From Atractiella rhizophila (Eukaryota), in NCBI GenBank assembly GCA_021432655.1, contig MU271230.1:62001-126000 (forward strand): a stretch of DNA of 64,000 nt, written 5' to 3'. Positions 49,925 through 62,842 of the stretch are shown here, piece after piece. Below the pieces are notes generated by a model. The model did not search any database. It saw nothing but the letters and a program-made list of their open reading frames with translations, and had not been told where the DNA came from. The position numbers and the translations under genes were made by a program. The first letter of the stretch is position 1. Each line of letters opens with the position of its first letter.

Positions 49925-52832
49925 ATGTCTAAAAATCCGGTCAAGGTCTTTAAAGTCCTCGAAAATATCAAGAAGGCGAATCCGTCAGGATTGCGGGTCC
50001 TTTGCATCGACAATGGCGGCATCCGCTCCTTTTCCGCCCCATACATGAACAGATTATGCTTCAAGCCATGCACCTTCTCAAAGTGCCAGAAGACGAAGAC
50101 CTTCGTCCCTGCATATTTTTGCTCCAATTTGTGGGACTTCAACCGGCGGATGGATCGCGCTTATGCTGGGCAGGCTGGGAATGACCGTTCGACAATGCAT
50201 TGCAGCGTACGAAGAGATCATGGAGAACGTGTTTATGAATAACGTCTCAAGCTCCACCGACGAGTACGCTTACTCGGCGAAAAAACTCGAAGAAACTTTG
50301 ACCGCAATCATCCAGCGACATACAGATTCTTCCCAAGGCTCTGCGAAGTCTCTTCCAATGAAAGATGTTTATTTGCAGGACAGATGTAGAACGTTCCTTG
50401 TTTCTACCTACGAGTCTAATGTCGTCATTTCCACAGAGATGCGTACATACGATATTCGTCCTGCTGGATACTTTGCTGTTTATACCAGCCTCCGCTTATA
50501 CGGTCTGGGAAGCTGCAAGGGCGACTGCCGCTGCACCTCCCTTCTTCCCTCCCATCAACATGGATTCCACCGAGTACATTTCGCTGTTTCGCGACAATCT
50601 TACCGCAATAGCTGTCGAAGAGACAAAGCGCATTTGGGGAGACAGATGTGAGATTGCCTGCCTTGTGTCTCTCGGCTCTGGAATTGCACCTGCTGTCAAG
50701 TTGGACAATGTCGAGCGAGCGTTAAAGGCGATAGCTGCGGATTGCTCAAGGGTTGCGAACGACGTGAAGATGAAGATGCAGCGAAGTCAGATGGGCCACT
50801 GCTGCCATCGTTTCTCGGTTGATACGTTTGGAGATTTCAGGTGGGAAGAATGGGAACGAAAGAATGAAGCTGTTGGATGCACGAAGGCTTAGATAGCTGC
50901 GATGTGTTATAAAGTGCTCCCTGCTGCTCAATCGCTAGTGAAAGGTATGTTCCTCCTGGTTGTAATTGCATGCACATGCTCACTTTCTACTTGTCAGCTT
51001 GCAACGATCGGATTGCTGTGTACAAGAAGATTCCACTACCTCCTCCAGGCGCTTGTTATGGAAGAGAAGATGAAGCTCAGAAAGCGATCGACTTCATCGT
51101 CACCGATCAGAGGCACCTTGCCATCATCGGCGGCGCAGGTAACGGCAAATCTACGGTCGCACTGGAAGTCCTGAATGCAGACGAAATCAAGAGAGTATTC
51201 ATGACTGTGAAAGATGGAAAAGAACAAGATCTTCGATTTTGGGGTCGATGTGACGCTTTCTCCGACTTCTCCTCGCTCTCCGCCTACCTCTGGAAGGAAG
51301 CTTTTGGATTGGCTCCCAAACCTGGAGAAGATGACCTTGCCGCCGTAGCGAGATATCCGAGGGTATAAGTGCATCCTCTTGGATAATGGTGACACCCCGC
51401 ACAGTCGGACAAGAATAAACTGCAACCATTCTTCCAATCCCTTCTTTCCAGAAAATGCTCCTCTGGTTCCATTCTTGTCGTAGTACACTGCGGCCATCAG
51501 CTGGAACGCATGAATTTGAGAGAGTTGAGATTTCAAAAGCTGGTGATCGGGTGTCTCAGCGACGCTGCTGGAAAAAGATTGTTCAAGTACAACGTACATG
51601 GGAGAAGAAGATTGTGCGGAACAACTACTGGAGTCCATTTTCGCAAAGCTGGACCGTCATGCCTTGTCTATCAAGCTCTTCATTCTTCGCGCCAATGCGG
51701 AGTCAACTAAGCCGCTTGCTGTTTTGGTCGAGGAGTGGACGGCAAAGAAGACCACCCTCTTATGGAACGAAGATGGCGAAGAGACACTCACTCTCGCCAC
51801 TTCGATATCTTTTTCGCTCGATTCACCTCTTCTCAGAAAACATGAAGACCTTAGCGCCTTTATCCATGCCCTATTATCTTGGACTCCTGATGGCCACCTG
51901 GCAGACGACATTATCGCTATCGGGGATAAAAATTTTTCCACATCAATCGGAACAGTCTTCCGTGCTCGTCACATCAATCTTAACCGTTGGGCTTGCTGAG
52001 GAGATTGTGGATGTCCTCACAAACTCGAAACCTTTGTGCATGCTGGCACCAATTCGTGAATATATCAATCGCTTAGTCCTTGGTCCCATTCTACCTTTCA
52101 ATGGCACTGCTTTATCACTTCAGCCGTTGACTGAAGTTCTCATATAGAAGGCTCGTAAAAATGTACGATAAAGATGAATCTGAGCGGATCGGACTGCTGT
52201 CGTTTCGCAACGATTATGGAAACCTTGAATACGTCCTTCTAGCTGCCTTTCACCACCTGGATGATGGGACAACAGCTTGCATCTTCATAGCAGAAACCTG
52301 GAATTTTCTGTATCTTCAAAGCCTGCTCTCCATAGCACTGTTTCAGGCCGCTTTATTCTAAATAACATCCATATCTATTACATCACTGACGGCTCGATTG
52401 GCGCTGGCTCTTGGATTAACATTTCAACTGAAGGGGAATGTACAACAGGCGCTGATACGGTTCGAAGAAGCGAAGGAGCTGTATGTGGTTGTGGAAGATC
52501 AGCAAGGCCGTGCCCACTGCATCCGTGGCATGGGGGAGATCGAGCAGGCTCGTGGGCGTAACGAGGAAGCGTTGAAAAGGTTCGAGGAGGCGAAGGAGCT
52601 GTTTGTGGTTGTAGAAGATCAGCGTGGCCTTGCCCACTGCATTTTCAGCATGGGGACGATCGAGCATAGTCGCGGGCTTGACGAGGAAGCACTGAAATGG
52701 TTCGAGCAGGCAAAGGAGCTGTATGTGGTTGCGGACGATGTGGGAGGTCAACTTAACTGCCTTTCTAACATGGCGTCTGTTCATGCATCCAAAGGGATGG
52801 AAGAAGGTGCATCGCCCCCGAAAAGGCTTTGA
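49925..52832 (+). pseudogene. Patatin - P-loop NTPase (NB) - TPR fungal NLR-like gene, frameshifted
   Basis: LRVLCIDNGGIRS, CGTSTGGW, WEAARATAAAP; Walker A GGAGNGKST; Walker B ILLDN; three 40-aa TPR-like repeats at ~52445-52790. Confidence 0.82.
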
Positions 52833-53429
52833 AACTGAGAGGCATGATTGGATGGTTTCGGTCCATTTCACCTTACAGTCTGGTATAAACTAACTATCTG
52901 TTGCAGTTGGTAGATTCAGCTTGGCCTTACTGTTCTAAGTCTCATTCATCAGCGCATAGGCTGCTGCGCTTCGAAGTAGAGAACCGTAGTCGGTCTTCGA
53001 CTTCGTTAACAAGGAGCAACATATCAAACCTGCTCTGTGTCTGTTGTCTCAGGGCTTTTCAGTGGAATTTTTTTGGTATATGTTGTTTGAATAGCAACTT
53101 GCACTTTCTGTTTAGCCAGCCGAAGGACGCTCGCTGAAAGTGGCTTTGCGCTTCAGTTTTGAGGACATTTACACAGGACCGCCGATAATTCGGAGGTTGA
53201 GAGCGACATGTTTGTTTGGGATCCAGCGCTCGATGCGTACAACATTACAGCTACAACAGAACAGACCTACACATCTTTACTTACGGTTCTTCAATGGATG
53301 ACGAACGATGAGCTCGACCTCGAACTCCTCCTTAACGCATCTAAATCCGACAAACCCTCCTCTTCACGCTCCTTATAACCAGAGCTTGGACCTTGCACGG
53401 ATCCAAACGGGGGGTGAGCCAAAAGGGGG

Positions 53430-53830
53430 CTGACGGGACAATACAGACGACAACGGGTGTCGTTCGATGATCTCGTAGAAGACGGCTTCCAGCTTTGCAG
53501 ATTACGCGTAACGGTCTTTAGAACATGGGGACTTCTTCGGAAAAGACTGCCGGGACCATGTGTTCGTACGCGCTGATGGGTTGTCGAACAGTCATTCCCA
53601 ACCTTCCGAGCATGAGTGCGACCCACACTCCGAAGATGAGATCGAAAACATCCACGGCCGGACTTCTTCTCCTTCGTGGACTTTGAGGAGGTTGTCAACT
53701 TGGAGCATGATGACTTGGAGCATGAAAGCGTGGAAAAGGTACGGATGCCGCCGTTGTTGATTACGAGGATTCGGAGCCTTTGTTCGTTCGTCTTCTTGAC
53801 ATTATCGGGGACTTTGAAAATCTTGACGGT
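53430..53830 (-). pseudogene. Second patatin-domain relic, paralogous to the NLR N-terminus
   Basis: Minus strand reads VKIFKVPDNVKKTNEQRLRILVINNGGIRTFS...WVALMLGRLGMTVRQPISAYE...DTRCR. The GTSTG motif is missing. Confidence 0.75.
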
Positions 53831-54899
53831 CTGAACTTGGGATGGGCGGAGGACGAGAAAGGTGTTGGGGTAGCAGATCTGGAGGTTACGGGCGATGCGG
53901 TACGTGATGCGAAGTGAAATTTCTAAGGCAGAACTGCCGCTTTGACAAGGAATGGGCTGGGTTTGTACAGCTGCAATACTGAAAGATTTTGAACTCCGAT
54001 GCCTACATTAGAACGAAGATCTTCTTGCGAATCGGCGTTGAATGCGTGGTCGGCATGAGACAAATCCTCAGTGTCTTCATGGTTGCTGGGATTTGATGAA
54101 GGCTGAGGCGCTTAGAGCTCGAGATGAAATCGATGACGATTGACCCAGAACTGCTTGTTGAACGTGAGACGAAACTGAGGAAATGCCTGTCGGATCTAGA
54201 CTAGAGCTACCAGGCGAGCGGCCAAAGAATACTTGAAACTGGCTGTGAGGAAGAGGAAGAAGAATCAAGGAATACGGAATACAGTACAGCTGCAGTCCGA
54301 TCCGGTACGTACGAATGCATCAAAGAAAATCCAGACGAATGAGGATGTGAGAATATGAAGGGAGGGAAGCTTAGGATAACTTGATCAATTTTGTCAACTC
54401 GCGAAGGTGGAGGAACGAATGCTAGGAAAAAGACTATGAACCATCCAGCACTAAGTTGAAGTTATGCTTCCGCTTGAGCAAAGGAGATATTCAGTACTAT
54501 GAAGGCTACACAATATCGAATATCGAATTGACTAGGGAGAACATAAAATTCATCCCACCAACTCTCCAACTCATCCCTCGTCTCAAGGTCGACCACGCCA
54601 GGATTGATAAATTCAAGACTCATAGGACTCCTGAGACTCTTTCTCTGATCGTGCAGAAACGCTTGACACTCAACACACAAAACTCAGGAACAGTCCGATA
54701 TCTTGCTGTCTACCACAAGCTTTTACATACATTAAAGTTACACCGCACATCCCGAAAATGCATCAGCCCGTCCAACTCGCATTGCGACAGTCCACCTCCT
54801 CATAATCGACAAGATCTAGATGGACGAGGAACTCTGGGCGAAGCATATAATGAGGGGAGCCTTTGATTCATTCATCCCAATTGTCATATGAATAGGATC

Positions 54900-57111
54900 C
54901 TTACAGGCCAAGGGCCATGCAAAGAAGGAACGATGGGCCCAATTGCTGAGAACGTCCAAGTCTATGATGAACGCCCGACCTAATGGGATCGGGAACCTTG
55001 AGGGCCGCTATTATAGGCTGTTGGCCATACTATCTAGAGGCGCTACCAAGTCAGCTTTTTTCCCCATTCTCCCAGTTGCAAAATGACATATTTGTTATTC
55101 TGATGGTAGGGAGGCGGTGGAGAAGATGGTGACGCTGGAGGAACTACGACATGACGCCGCCGAGGTACTGGTGGTCACCGCATCCGGCACCAACGGGGTA
55201 TTCTCAAAGGATGTCCACAATCCACTTTTTCTCTTGGTTCTGCTCTCAATTGAGGTGAAGGATGAGAAACTATTCGCGCCTGGGGTTACTGGTTCGTTGC
55301 CCTTAATTTCTTCGTGTCGCAGTAGCAACGATTTCCAGGAATGACGCTACAATGCTTCGCCCAGGAGCATTTGTTCGTGTCGAATATTGTTCCGACATTG
55401 CTAAAAGTTTCTATTGACTATGTCAGTTTCCACGGCCCTCCCCTGGTATCCGCTGACCTAGCATTCAGTCAGAGTCAAAAAGGGTTTATGGTGACCTCTT
55501 TCGGGTCGAGCGCAATCAGAAAATAAACTTCTGCACGACTTTCCCCTTCGCAGCCAAATGGATAGCTAAGATCAGCAGCGAAAGGGAGGTCCACAAGAAA
55601 ATCGAGCGAGCTGCTGCACGTGCTTCGATTCGTATCCTTCGATTGAACCGTGTCCTGGATGCCAAAAAGGAGAAAGAAACGGACAACAAACTCTTTTTTC
55701 TTCACGGTCTGTTTCACTTTTGCTTTTCTGACGTCGGTGTAGGTGGCTGAGCCATCTCACAGACCCGTCTGGAGAAATTGGCCTCCCACCTTCCCCGATA
55801 CGGAACCCGAAATCCCGAAGGACGAAAGATGCAAATGAGAGCCTGCGAAAAGTGCTCGAGTTATGCGACTTGGTGATTGTCGAACCCAGCTCCCATGAAC
55901 CAGAGTCAGTTTATGTCCTGGACCAGGATTGGCTAGTAGAGAACAATCATCCTGCGGCGGACCCAGACTGGATTCCAGAAAATGGCGATCGATTGCCTTT
56001 GGAAGCTTTAGTATTTTGTTCTTGTAATCATTTGCAAGCACGAATAACCCGCATCAAATCAACAGATTGCTAGCGAACATTTCAACATTGTCGATGACGA
56101 CATGGATTGGGATGCGATAGACGCAATAATGTCTACTCTGGATCTACTTGCTCCGATAGTTCGGCACAAAGCGCAAGCCAATAGCTCTCGAGGGCACATG
56201 AGTGGATTTTCTGGCCAACGCGCGGTTCAGGTACGGAGGAGTGTTGGACCTTTTGCGCTGAAGAGCAATTGCTCCGGCAAGGTGAGTAGGTTCAGGGTTC
56301 CCGTTCTAGTTGAGTCAGATTCCTCTCTCCTGCATGTAGAGGCCTCGTGAAAATTTCGACGATGAAGACCTGATGGAATCTAAGCGCGCGGAAGGGGAAA
56401 GAAGAGATAGGTGTAAGCTGGAGCTGGCAGATACCAACAGTGGTACAGCAACCGTCCATGCATCTCCAGTTGCTCAAATGGAGTGTTCAGTGGTCGGATG
56501 CCGCCTCTTGACTTTGATGGAAAAGGTTGTTCCAGAAATCTATTACGACTGGAGCATGTCCAACCTGGAGCATCCCTCAAAAGCAAATCTCCAATTTCTC
56601 CCTGTCACCCAGTACTGCGCTAGTGCCTACGTGGGACCATCTCATGTCGACAAAACTGATCGCAACTTCACATACAGTCACAACGCATTCAATGAAGAGT
56701 ACGAGATGTGCCCTTTGGCGAATTCAATGTTCTTTCCGGCATTTGATGTGAGTTCTAGCCGTCGAGGGCGGACGACTGACAATATCTGTCCAGCTTGTCC
56801 TAACGACGCCTGGAGGTTCGGTGCACGGTTGGAGGAGCCGCGACCTGTACCACGCGACGCTCCTCGCGCCTCCATATTATGGTCATAGTCGCGAAGTCGA
56901 TGGTGAACCTCTTTTTCGGGCGGCGATGGGCATAGTTACATTGGCGAGTAGCACCGTCATAAAAGAGCTCGGCAAAGGCAACCTGGAACACGAAATCTAC
57001 AGACACGAGGGTTGGAACGCAACATCCCTGGAGAAGTTAACTGCAGTAGCTCAAAAGAGAACGAATAAGTACACTTGCAGACGCTGGGCAAAGATGCGGG
57101 GCGCAGCCTAA
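54900..57111 (+). CDS. Multi-exon gene ending in a TET/JBP-like 2OG-Fe(II) dioxygenase domain
   Basis: Splicing 56282-56339 and 56748-56793 gives GHMSGFSGQR...SHVDKTD...MFFPAFDLVLTTPGGSVHGWRSRDLYHAT...FRAAMGIV (HxD...H...R). The 5' extent is uncertain. Confidence 0.55.
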
Positions 57112-60100
57112 CGCCACATGGTACTGTTGAAGTGAAGACGCTGAAGTCGTGTATAGTCCATTGTAGGATTAGTTACTTCGTTTGGTCATTCTTTTTCACA
57201 TCTGAAAATGTGTTCACGAGAAGAGAGATTTTGATGTTGTTCTATTCTTCAACCCAACTCCCTTTCCGACATTCATGGCACCACCTCGTCCAGAAAGAGG
57301 TCAACGTCCAACTTCATAGTGTTTACAGAAGGATGATTGTGAGAATTCACACAAGGATCAGGAACCAGTCAATGAGTGGCGTCTACAGTACCATCTGCAC
57401 CAGCTAACCCCATCCAGAGATCACAGGACAGCTTGGAGCCGCCACAAGCATCAGAACCAGTGGTGGATGGACCTGAGTACTTTGTTGTCGAAGTTGGTGA
57501 TGAAGAGGAGTCAGGACTCTGTTGATCGCCAGCATGACATTGACATATGGACATGCAGGGATTCCCACATTGTTTTTCACGGCGAAGAACTTGGCGATGA
57601 CTCTGAAATAGAATCAGAGTAAGTAGGTATGACTTAGTAATGATTTAACAATGTCACAGTGCAATAACCCTACTTTCTTACCATCCGAGGAAAGCGAAGG
57701 GATAATCTCTGATACCCGTCACACAGCTGCGGATATACAAGCCCACAATAGAACATATCCCTGCATACCCCTAGCTGTCTTTAACAAGGAGGCTACTAGT
57801 ATGCTCCTAACTGTGGGCATTTTGAGGAAGAGAAAGACAGAGGCTCTCAAGAACTATGTTCATTATGAGGCCATCCTTGAGCTGATGAGGTGCCAAACAT
57901 TACAATGTGAAAATGTCAAGAATTCATGACCAACATCATGCTGCCAGCATTGCTGAATGGCCATCTGAAACTCATCCACTTAACAGATGCAGAACAGCCC
58001 ACAGCAGAGTGCAAGAGAAGCTTTGGAGTGCTGCAAAAGTGAAGGCAGACGGCTAAACTTAGGCAAGCCCTCCCTCTCAGGTTTTGGGATCAGAGTCGAG
58101 GCGAGGTTCGGCAAGTAGCTCACCAACCAACTCCGTAATAGTCTGCCTGTCTCAAAGCTTTCACTTTCATTTCTCAAGTCAAGGGTATCATATCAGAGCT
58201 CATCAGCAAGGGCCTTTAGGCATACTGAAGCAGTCAGGCAGGACACAACACAACTTAACAAACGACCCACGGAAGGAGACCCTATAGATGATCTAGGAGT
58301 TGGATACCAGAGCCCCCATCAATCTTTCAAGGATAGCACAATAATGGACTACTCGAGCGAATCGGAGATATGCCAAGTTTCAAGACAACATTTTCTTCAG
58401 GGTGCTGTTTTTATTGGAGGCAGGGTTGTACCCTGGATGCCTAGGAGGCAAGGATTCAGCCAGGATCTTGTTCCTGACAGAGGCAGGGTTGAACCCTAAA
58501 GTACTGTTAGTAGTCTATGCCCACCAGCACTCACAGCCCCTCTTAGTCCTGCAACAAGCATCCCAATGGAAAGAACAAGCCAGGGGCCATTAAGCAGGCT
58601 CTACGGTGAATTCCCCTAGGATGAAAGCTAACAGATGAGCAGAGGCACACCATCAGCTCATTAAAGCTTGTGCGTGCAGTGTCCCCTTCTACAGGCACCA
58701 GGCCCCTGTCTTCTTCATCAACTCTGAATTTATAGTTCAATCTGAGGCATGCTGGCATGGAATTATGACGACACTCCGTCAAAGATTTGATGAGGATGGC
58801 CTTGTTCACCCAGGGCTATGCTTCATGAAAGACTACCCCAAGCAAATCTCTGTATTCAGCACACTCCCTCCTCACCATACTCAAAAATGAGAAACTCAGC
58901 CGTATGCATGAGCATTGGAGAGTGTGCCTATTTACTCATAACATTCGTCACAGGAATATGTTTGGGAATAGTAAATTACTGCTGTAACATGATGTCAAGT
59001 GCACCTATGAGGGAATCTGGGAATGAAATAATAAGTTCCTGAATGAATCATTCCAGGAAGCGTTTAGAGGACCAGAGGTACAATGGATGATGAATGTTGA
59101 AAGTGACCCTGAAGTAAAAGCACTAATCAAGAGATCCAAAGGTGATGAAGTATTTGAGTGAGTACTCCACTTAGTGATATTCCTCAGGCTGAAAGAAGAC
59201 ATTCCAGACCACTTAGAGGACATCACCCACCACGGAGCAACATCTTATGTTCGGGTTGACTGTAAAATTAAATCTGGTGTTTTTCGGGAAAATGGCCCTC
59301 AGGCCAACTCAGGCTCTTGTAACTAGATCCAGTTTGCATACCCTTCGTGTTGCGCTTAGGATAGGGTGTCTACTGACATGCTGCTCGGATTGGCACAGTC
59401 TAGGACTGATGTGACTGCTTTCAGGTTGAGTGAGGTGCTTCACTGCACGTCTCTAGCATAACAGCAAGATCTTTCGCCTTGTCGGGGTAGCAAATCATTC
59501 TTAGGTGACTCAGATAAGATGGGTCCCTCAGGTTCTGGCTTAGATCGAGCTGCCTTGTCATGTGAGCTGCATCAGCTGGTTGTTCGAATTTGGGCTGACG
59601 GAGCTCACCTTTGCCCTAACCCTAAGTTCGTTCCTCAGCCAAACATTTGGAGAGCTGGTCTGTCAGGACGTTCTATATGTAGAGTCCTTCACTGTGGCCT
59701 TACAGACAAAGTCTTGCCTAAAATATGCACATACGATGGTTCCTCTCCCATACTTTCTTGCCACACCATTGTGAGCTGCTTCAGCCAGCTTCCGCTCGAT
59801 AACTCAGCAAACATCCCGCTGGAAACAACATTGTTCTGTTAGTGGGTGTAACAATGAACCCGAGTTGTGGTTGGTTACCATCCGGACGATTTTTCTTGAA
59901 CTCGAATGAATACGTCGGGATGCTGTTCTGCACGAACCATAATAAACGTTGACCTTTTGCTTTTGTGATCATGCTGGTGTCAAAGGTTGACTCCCAGCCA
60001 CTCCACACTTTTTCCTGCAACGGCATCTGTCAACTGCTTTTGCATTAAGTCGTGCCTAGCCATGGGAACGATTCTCTTCTCAGCTTTCAGTTCAGCCTTC

Positions 60101-61274
60101 TCCAGGGCATTTTGTTTGTCCTCAGTGCCATCTAAAAGGCAGTCCACCCACCATTTTGCGGGAAACTAAATGATAAGCAAGGTCGGTGAAGATGTGCAGT
60201 AATGTGGCAAGTCGGACCGTGCTAAAGCGAAGTTCATCTGCTCCGCCCATTATGACTCCACTTTGTTGCTCAATTGTCTCCTGCAGGTTGTCTCATGATG
60301 TCATCCAGGCATTCAGGCGTCAGGCGCGTCGCTACATCCATAGCACTAACTGCATGTTGGATAGCTGTCCAAGTCAGGATGTAAATGAATGATTCAATGT
60401 GTCGTCGGGTTCATGTTGGATCTTCTCATCGGACAAACGTGCTTGTAAGAGTTAGACCGATATGAACTCATTAAGTCCCCTGCTCCAAAGTTAATGATTG
60501 CAAGAATATCACCAGCAAAGTTCTCAGGGCTTCATTTCAACACTTTGAATTCCCAATCAATCGAATATCCCTGTGGCTCTTCTTTGATAATAGGTTCTGC
60601 CATCAAGTAAGGAGTAGATACTCTAAAGGGACAGGTAGCTGACCTGAAAGACACGTGGCTGCACTTTCGTTGTCTGTCAATCCGGCCATGTTGGGAGCGA
60701 CAAGGGCAGAGAGTATGGCGAGCCACCTGAAGAAGCCGCATGGAACCCCAATGCTGAGCACTTACCTTCTCTGCTTCCTCTCCATCTCCCACCCAAACCT
60801 CCCCATGCTCAAAGCGCTGCTAATGAGGCCTTACAGCTTACACTTACCTGGACGGCCCCCTTGGATCCAGTGGCAACCTCCCTCTTGACAACCTGCTTGA
60901 AGAGGGAGCCATTCCAGCGTGCATCCTCATCAAAGAGGAGCTCCAGAAATTGGTCATGATATTCAATGACCTCTTCATAGCCAGAAACATCCCAAGTGCA
61001 GTCTATAAAAAGAGACCACCGAAAGAGAGAGCTACGATGATGACCCCTCACAAAGTCCACACATCAGAGTAAGAGCAGCCCAAAGACTCAAAAGCAGTGA
61101 CCTCCGCCTATACTTCTTCTAGGATGCAGCTGAAGTCTAAGTCACAATCAAACCTCAGGAGCAGTATATCTCTCACCTCCAGAGCGGATGGTCCATCAAA
61201 TGAAAAGCTTTCCCTGTCATTGTCCACACCGTCCCCACCTCCTTTGACGTCGACTCTGAGGAATAGATCCAAAG

Positions 61275-61694
61275 GTGAATCAGCCCCACAACCTCAGCGA
61301 CCACATTTCTAAATTAACCTGGTGCCATACTAAGAAGAATCCAACCTCCTCCAACCATGAGAAGGTGAAAACTCGCTCCTCCCTTATCATTTATCTCAAC
61401 AATGCCTCAGCCGCCAACATGTTGATAGAGTTTAGTCTCATCATTGACAGGAAAGTGTATATGGCAAAGAAATTGATCAGAGATGTCCTCTATTGCTTTA
61501 AGTGTCAGCAGCCTGGTCTCATCGCTACAAAATGCAAAGCACCCGTTTCCTGTGGGGTTTGTGCTGGCCCTCACTTTACTAAGTCTTGCTCCATTTCATG
61601 TGCAAATACCATTCCATGTCACAATGCACAATCTTGCTCCCATAGACCAATTGAGTGTTCTTTATGTAGTCCTACAAAACATAATGCTTCGTAA
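61275..61694 (+). pseudogene. LINE ORF1 (gag-like) zinc-knuckle fragment
   Basis: CFKCQQPGLIATKC, CGVCAGPHFTKSC and CSLC...H in tandem. No ORF2 follows. Confidence 0.65.
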
Positions 61695-62497
61695 GGTTCG
61701 GAGTGTGATGTCCTGAACGAACTGAGGCTCTTGCATCGTATTCAAGTTGGTACTGCCAGATTCTATCTGAAATGAATGACAGCATCATATCCATTCCCAA
61801 AGACTCTTCTAACCAGCTAAGTTCTCCTGTTTCATTTTATTCCTCTCCTATTCCTTTCCTTCAGCCACTCCATCTCTCTCACTTCCACATAGCCCTTCAA
61901 ACCCTCCTTCCCCCATACAAGACCAATCTCCATCCTGAAACCACTTCCTCACCTCATCCAACAACCACTCCACCAGCACTGATGCCCTGGAACCTTGCCG
62001 GGCTGGCTTAGTGCCGACCTAGTTACTCAAGGCACCACCAGCTAAACAGTGACCGAAATTTGGCTCTGCAGCAGTGCAACTTCGGTGCTTTTAGTGGGTG
62101 CTTTTGTTTGAAACTGATTTCTGGTGCTTTTAGTGCCCATCGTGTGCCATGTCAGTGTTGCCTCAGTACCGAGAATCAGTGCTTTGCCAGTGCATGTCTA
62201 GCGCTGTTCTAGTCGTGTCTCAGTCTCTGCCTAGGTTTGCTAGATTTTTCTCTTGAAATGGATAATCACATTACATTGTCCTATCCTCAAATTACATTGT
62301 ACGATGCAAGTATGATCGTGTCTACCAACATCACAGACATATTGAATGTGCACAAAGCTAGGGTCATGTCCAACATGAACAAAGAATTGTTGCATGCTTG
62401 CTCCGCCTGAGATGTCAAATCCGGGTGCATTGAAGGAGGAACTGCTCGAAATGTATATACATTCTATCACGCTCGAAATCTTTTTCCGGTTACTTAC

Positions 62498-62842
62498 TGT
62501 TGAACCTTGGGTATAAAGGGTTAATCTGCACTGTTGGGAATGACTGGTCATTTTAGTGCAATTGGCTAAAACCAGCATGGTAGCGAGAGCTGACCCTGCA
62601 TACCCAGGTTCGAACCCCTGTCTGAGCACTTTAGCCATATTGTGAGAGTGGGGCAAAACCACTATAAAAGCTGTTGAGTGGGTGCTCTTCCCCACTATAA
62701 ATGATGGAAGGAAATGGTTGTGGCAGAGAAAGTGGTTGCAGACAGTACAGATTAGGGAAGGGTGTTGAACCTTGGGTATAAAGGGTTAATCTGCACTGTT
62801 GGGAATGACTGGTCATTTTAGTGCAATTGGCTAAATCCAGCA
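62498..62842. repeat. ~80-bp direct repeat (62498-62577, 62763-62842)
   Basis: TGTTGAACCTTGGGTATAAAGGG...TTGGCTAAAWCCAGCA with one mismatch. Confidence 0.9.
62546..62628 (+). other. tRNA-like / SINE-head-like sequence
   Basis: A-box-like TAGTGCAATTGG and B-box GGTTCGAACCC, but the acceptor stem pairs poorly. Confidence 0.35.

Noticed and set aside
57400..61100. Minus-strand coding-like fragments with Cys/His clusters (possible KDZ or other transposase)
   Set aside because: Too many stops and no diagnostic motif that I can recognise, so left unannotated.
62546..62628. Functional tRNA gene
   Set aside because: Acceptor and anticodon stems could not be folded convincingly.
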